A DNA stretch of 49,100 bases, filler included, from Catajapyx aquilonaris (Eukaryota), in NCBI GenBank assembly GCA_000934665.2. It is 3 parts of 3 records of this genome, joined end to end, with 100 filler letters (N's around TTAATTAATTAA, not from the genome) between each part and the next. Parts side by side here need not be neighbours in the genome. Positions count along the whole stretch, not along the records: positions 32,810 to 49,100 come from JYFJ02007240.1; 2 more parts are not named here. One strand, written 5' to 3'. Both the position numbers and the translations under genes were made by a program. The notes under the pieces are model-generated. The model had not been told where the DNA came from and did not search any database. It saw nothing but the letters and a program-made list of their open reading frames with translations. The stretch's first letter is position 1; each line of letters begins with the position of its first letter. Below are positions 43,355-49,100 of the stretch, piece after piece.

Positions 43355-43641
43355 TCTTCTGGAATGCGATGGTTTTCCTCTATATAATATAACCGATCTG
43401 TCCCTCATACGTCTAATGCGGCTCCTTATATTAAGAGAGAATGTTGCCCAATAATATTGAGCAACGCAACTGTCACCTTCATTTCGCCAGCCTTTGTCTT
43501 CTCAACAATGGTGTTTGAATAGACAAAGCAGAGGCCAGATTGCGCTTAATCCCCAATAATTGTTATGTCTTATCGTCCCGTTCAGGTTCTGGCCATATAA
43601 GATTCCTTATTGGAGGACGCAGCTCATTTGCATCGCTAAAC
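43355..43641. promoter_or_regulatory. Divergent promoter region shared by the pacifastin gene and serine-protease homolog A
   Basis: On +, TATAAG at 43596 and initiator TCATTT at 43624-43629 (A at +30 from the TATA). On -, TATA-like motifs at ~43430 and ~43386. The two ATGs are 288 bp apart. Confidence 0.65.
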
Positions 43642-45520
43642 ATGTCGCTGGTGCTGCTATTGTTGCTCATCGCTGGTGCTGCGACTTCTGTGAATGCTGG
43701 TAAGTGCCATCAAAGGCTTTAAGTAGGCTATATCATAAGATGCGGATGTGCACTGCTCGGTGTTCTCATAAGAGCATGCTCATCTCCATAGAGAATTGAT
43801 TTGTGACTTATACGCCCTTTCCCACGTCAACGCCTCAATTGTTGACTCCAGAAACAATCACGGCCACATTCACTACTTGTGATTGTCGCCTCTGCTTAGT
43901 AAACGGTCTGCTGGAGAGAGCGGGTTTACATAATAATTATAACTACTAGTAAGGCATATTGACTTGCTGGGTCTTTTCAGGGAGTTCGGAAAGTGGGGGT
44001 GAGGAATTTGAGCCGAGGATCCATGGGGGTCGCAGAACTGATCCCAACTCGACTGCACAGTCTCTGGTAAGATCACAACTCTTTCGACCTTTTTGTTCAA
44101 CCTGGTTGAGTGGTCGTCAAGACCTGACGGAAGGTCAAGTGTGGCACAAAAACTACTGTATTAAATTCATGGCACTGGGTAGTTCATTGCCCACTGCCAC
44201 AGCCAGGTCCATAGATAACTGTCGGTGTGTCAGTCACGTTGGCTCGCCAGTGAAATCGCTGGTCAGCTTAGCTGATATTATAACTCCCTCGACTACAGGT
44301 GACCATTTTCGACTCGTTCGTCTTCTGGTGTCAAGGTGTGATCATTTCTGACTACTGGGTCCTGACAGTGGCCAACTGCCTAATATCGTAAGTAGGGGAG
44401 GGTCAGGAGCAGGCACGTCACAGACACAACATGGTCTTGGACTGACAATAATATAGGGCATATGTGGAGATACTAATAGGTTGTTGTTTTTAACTTGACA
44501 GGTTATTTCCCGAGACGACGTACGTCGTTGTAGGCCTGGGGCAGACAACTTATCCTGGCGCCGACAAGTGGAAGTCGTGGAGTGACGGGGTGTCCATAGC
44601 CGGTTCGCCCGTCCGACTCTTTCACACGCATCCAAAGTTTACTGGGAAATTCGAAGAGGGCTACCAGTACGACATTGCCTTGATTCTGGTAATAACAACG
44701 AACCAAGGACAAACGAGACTAGGTGAATCCCACCATGTTTCTCCCCCTTTAGCTGAAGGACTCGATGAAGGACAAATACGAGTACAGGGCAGCCCTGCAT
44801 GCTTCGTGGACCGTCGAGTCGATTCCTGTCCCTGATCAGAAGTGCTCCATCACTGGATGGGCCCATAAATACATGGTAATGGACGAGACAAATACAGTAA
44901 TAGTTGCTTAAAACGGCGCTGAAAGGCACTCCGACAAAGTGCTGGTGGAAATGTACTGTTCTTTACAGACGGATGACGGCCGGGACGAGGGAGACTTCGG
45001 ACCTTTGATGTTAAGTACCATTCCTTGGACCGCCCCCGATATTAATATGGTGGATCAATCCAAATGCGTAAAGGCTTTCCCGCCCAAGATGAGGGGAGCC
45101 TGGGGTGGCAAAGATGGTTTGCAGCTGTGCAGCGTAGGTACTCACGGAGGGACCGATCCGTTGCTGGTGAGTACAACTCATTACAACTAAGAGTGACACA
45201 ATAAGTCTCAAATCACACACGCACTATCCCGTTGCCATGACTGTTGATCTGGATTACAGGGTGATGCGGGGATTCCGTTGATTTGCGGGGATTCCGTGGC
45301 GGGGTTGGTGTCTTTCTCAAACATGGGCTGGAGCACCACTCCCGAAGGCACGATCAGGTACACGAGGGTTGCAGCTTACTGGGACTTCTTCCGGATGTAT
45401 GCTCCTGATGCGATTGAATACGACCCCGACAACGTGGACGACTACGACAGTGTCATCGACGATTTCGAAGAGCTCGACACTCTCAAGGTGAAGCCCAAGA
45501 AGTGCAAGAGCAAAGGGTAA
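43642..45520 (+). CDS. Secreted trypsin-fold (S1A) serine protease homolog A, catalytically inactive (333 aa)
   Basis: Seven exons 43642-43699, 43981-44066, 44299-44387, 44502-44688, 44753-44875, 44969-45166, 45260-45520 give a 1002-nt ORF. Features: signal peptide, activation motif EPR|IHGG, WCQGVIISDYWVLTVANC (His->Asn), YDIALI, CSITGW, GDAGIPLIC (Ser->Ala), YTRV. AATAAA at 45592. Confidence 0.9.
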
Positions 45521-46188
45521 TCCAAGGAGGACTATAGCAACGTTGTATAGCCATCCAAGTATAACCATCCGTAATGTATAGTACAACAGACAATAAATTC
45601 TACACTTATGGCAACCATCCCGGATTACTCCCTTTCATTGGATTGCTCCAATGCGATAAAAATTTTTTTCTCCATAATGTTAAATGTGTGCTTTTTAGCA
45701 ACGAAAAAGCATCACATGAACATTAAATATTGACGCTCCATGGGAGACTCACTAGTGATGCTCTTTTAATTAATGGTTTGCGGCTTACAGACATTCGTCT
45801 GTTACACTACAGACTATACCATCTTCTCCTGTGGAATGCATTGCCAAAAAAAAATATTCCAACATCACTCCCAGGTTGGGCAAACTCACCAAAGTTGCAT
45901 GATTTGGTTGAAATACCGGCTTATCCATTACGCAATCAGCACAATGTACAATACTACCGAAAAACGAAGGAAAGTGCTCGTTGTCAGTTCATTGTCTATT
46001 GTTAGCAATTTTCAAGTGAGTATTATCCTCGTGGTAATTCATTTCTAAAGCCACTTCTTCGTGCTGTTCGCCCATCGCACGTGCTGCTGAACAATCTTCT
46101 TCAAAAAGGTAACAACCCTTCTATCAATATTATTTTTGCATAATTTAATATAGTACTATCTGATGCATTGCAGCTCATACACCTTACG

Positions 46189-48598
46189 ATGGGGAAGATG
46201 TTGATGATTTTGTTGATATTATCATCGGTCGCCATGTCAGGTAAGTTTCCGATACGCACTTTCCTACCAAGAATCGCCTAATCGGATAATTAGGAGTGAA
46301 GTAATCTTACGTTTAACACATATACAATGAGAAAAAAGTTATTTCTGGCGAAAAATAGTCAAATCGTGAAATAAATATTGTAATAGACGGGTATTTAAAG
46401 ACTCAGAAAACTATCCCGAACAACAGATCAAATGTCTAGGAAAATCTAAGCATGGAAAAGCCGCCATATTGGATTGCTGCGAAAGGAGTCGATTGCACAT
46501 AACTTACGATGCATGGCTCCGATTTCCTTCCAAAATATGTCAAATGAAAGGTCTTTGAATAGGGAATGCTAATGCAATGAAACCTGTCCATAGCGGAGCC
46601 TGAGGTGAACGGAAGTTTGTCAATTGAAGGGTTTTCTCTGGGAATAATGGTCATATATGCATAGGACATGCAATGAATTTTTGGCGGATGTAACGGAACC
46701 TGCCAAACGTGGAAACGGAACGGAGCAGAAAATCCCTGTTCATAGCGGAAATCACCTCTTTCCATTAACTGTCACGAAAACAAGCTCCAGCCAGGTTCAC
46801 TCTTGCATACGTAATATTCTAGTTGGCCTCCGTCCCCCTTTTCCTCTCTTTCTTACCGGAAAAATTTCAGTAAAGATCTCGCGAAAAAAAGGTGTCCTGT
46901 CCAACATAGTGATAACCGGGGAGGTATAGATGGCCGAGAGAAAGGCCCCAGGTTCGATCCCCACCTGGGGAACTTTCCTTTCACCTGCGTACTCCAGAAA
47001 CAATCACAGCCACATTCACTACTTGTGATTGTCGCCTTTGCTTGGTAAACTGTCTGCTGGAGAGAGCGGTTTTACATAATTATAACTATAGGCTACTAGT
47101 AAGGCCTATTGACTTGCTGGGTCTTTTCAGGGGGTTCGGAAATGACCGAGGAAAGTGGGGGTGAGGAAGTTGAGCCGAGGATCTATGGCGGTCGCACGCC
47201 TGTTCTCGACGAGTATCCATATCTGGTAAGATCAAAACTTTCAATCTTTTTGTTCAACCTGGTAGACTGGTAGTCAAGAGCTGACAGAAGGCCAAGTGTG
47301 TCACAAAAGGAGGTTATTTTGCGACACTTACCCGCACATCAAAAGTATTTGATTATGTATCCGGCTGCTGCTGCACACATCTTTGACAAAAAAAAAACAA
47401 TAACAACAACAACAACTTATGGCACTCTATAACCCTGAGATGATAATATGACCACTGGGTAGTTCACTGCCCACTATACCACAGCCAGGTCCATAAATCT
47501 CGGACGCGCGGGGAAATGAGCATAAGTCAAAAATATATAATTTTTTTGACTTATGCGCTTTTCCTCCCAAATCCGGGCATTCAACTCTATAAATAATCCA
47601 CCTCATTGATAAGACTCGGATCCGGGGGGAAAAGAGCGCGAGGGAAAATAATGTATCTTTTTGACTTATGCTCTTTTCCCAGCACATCCAATTGCTGTGG
47701 TTAGCCGATATTATTATAACTCCCTCGATTACAGGTGACCATTTTCAACGCGTACGTCTTCTGGTGTCAAGGTTTGATCATTTCTGACTACTGGGTCCTG
47801 ACAGTGGCCAACTGCCTAATACCGTAGGTAGCGGGAGGGTCAGGAGAGGGCACGTCACAGACACAACATGTTCTTGGACTGACAACAATATATGGGCATA
47901 TGTGGATAATCATACTAATACAGTAGGTTGTTGTTTTTAACTTGACAGGTTATTGCCCGAGATGACGTACGTGGTTATGGGCCTGGCGACGACAAAAAGG
48001 AATAAGACAAATTATTGGGAGCCCTCCTGGGACTCGTGGAACGACACCGTGTCCGTAGTCGGTTCGCCCGTCCAATACTTTCGAAAGCATCCCCAGTTTA
48101 CTGGGAACTTCGCAGAGGGTTACCAGTACGACATTGCCTTGATTCAGGTAACAACGAACCAAGGACAAACGAGACCAGCTGAATCCCGCCATGTTTCTCC
48201 CCCTTCAGCTGAAGGACTCGATGAAGGACAAATACGAGTACAGGGCAGCCCTGCAAGCTCCGTGGACCATCGAGTCGATTCCTAACACTTATCAGAAGTG
48301 CTACATCCTTGGATGGGCCGATAGACTCACGGTAATGGACGTGACCAATACAGTGATCGTTGCTGAAAAAGGCAGTTGAAAGACACTCCGACAGTGCTGG
48401 TGGAAATGTAGTACCCATCATAGCAGTCGGAGTTTTTTTTTTTACTCTGTACATAATATGCAGAGATTTGTATTAGAAAACAGTTTTTTACAGACGGATG
48501 ACGGCCGGGACAAGAACTTCTACGGACCTTTACAGATGGATGCGGTTCCTCGGTACGGCGAAAATATTAAGATGCATCAGGATCAATCCAAGTGTCCC
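46189..48598 (+). CDS. Serine protease homolog B, tandem paralogue of A, apparently interrupted in exon 6 (possible pseudogene)
   Basis: Exons 46189-46240 (signal peptide MGKMLMILLILSSVAMS, tentative), 47131-47225 (EPR|IYGG), 47735-47823 (VLTVANC), 47949-48147 (YDIALIQ), 48209-48331 and 48494-~48598. Similarity to A stops abruptly after DQSKC. Confidence 0.8.
46918..46990 (+). mobile_element. Fragment of a tRNA-derived SINE head, related to 9493-9847
   Basis: ggggaggtatagatggcc...aaggccccaggttcgatccccacctgggg, containing a B-box. Confidence 0.55.
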
Positions 48599-49100
48599 GG
48601 GGGCATATTAACAATCTGTACATGGCTAGAGAGACAGGCGGCCTGGGCCCCGCCCTCCCTCGCTCCGATTGGTCCTGCGTCTGGCGCGCTTTTAAAAACT
48701 ACTCTGCTGGCAGGTATAGGCCTTCCTGAGAGTTGTATTTATGTCAATTATAGGGCATTTTTTCATGTTTACCTTAACAAATTGATGCCGGTATCGTTCT
48801 TATGGCATCAAAGTACAAGTTAGTGTTTACATCATACAGAGCAGACTGACCATTAGAAAAATGCTTCTCCTCCGTTCCGATTGGTTCTCTATTTGGCCTT
48901 TGGTGCAAGAATTGAAAAAAGTCCGTAGAATATGAATTTGAGATATGGATTTTAATGCTGGTTTTCTCTCTGTGAGTAACTTCCTGTTTTACACTCTTAA
49001 CCGAATACAATACACACCACTAATTATCCGTAATTATCATTTCACACTAATTGGGATCACTTGAGCCAAAGCGCTCCTAAGTTTAATAAATAGAGGAGGT
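48599..49100. mobile_element. Probable DNA transposon insertion (Harbinger-like end) within exon 6 of homolog B
   Basis: Begins gggggcatattaac, similar to the TIR of 14207-14738, exactly where paralogue homology ends. The other end is not in the window. Confidence 0.45.

Overview
Eukaryotic, intron-containing, transposon-rich DNA. It is most likely arthropod, based on the pacifastin gene, the TCAKTY initiator and the SINE families. Two artificial 100-bp spacers (N44-TTAATTAATTAA-N44 at 16305-16404 and 32710-32809) split the window into three blocks whose adjacency is not guaranteed. Block 1 holds the 5' end of RBBP6/snama (DWNN-domain exons, minus strand) with many MITE, SINE and mariner insertions. 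Read-through of its third coding exon would give a 114-aa DWNN-only isoform resembling vertebrate isoform 3. Block 2 appears to be almost entirely transposon relics. Block 3 is gap-free and holds a compact ~15 kb cluster of secreted-protein genes. It has three tandem fibrinogen-related (FReD) lectins that all lack the second, ligand-pocket disulfide. It has a two-exon single-domain pacifastin-type protease inhibitor whose domain exon is missing from the ORF track. Head-to-head with the inhibitor, 288 bp away, lies the first of two tandem catalytically dead trypsin-fold proteins. This receptor + inhibitor + pseudoprotease cluster is the most interesting candidate system. All gene models were spliced by hand from GT-AG sites and phase consistency, without transcript evidence.
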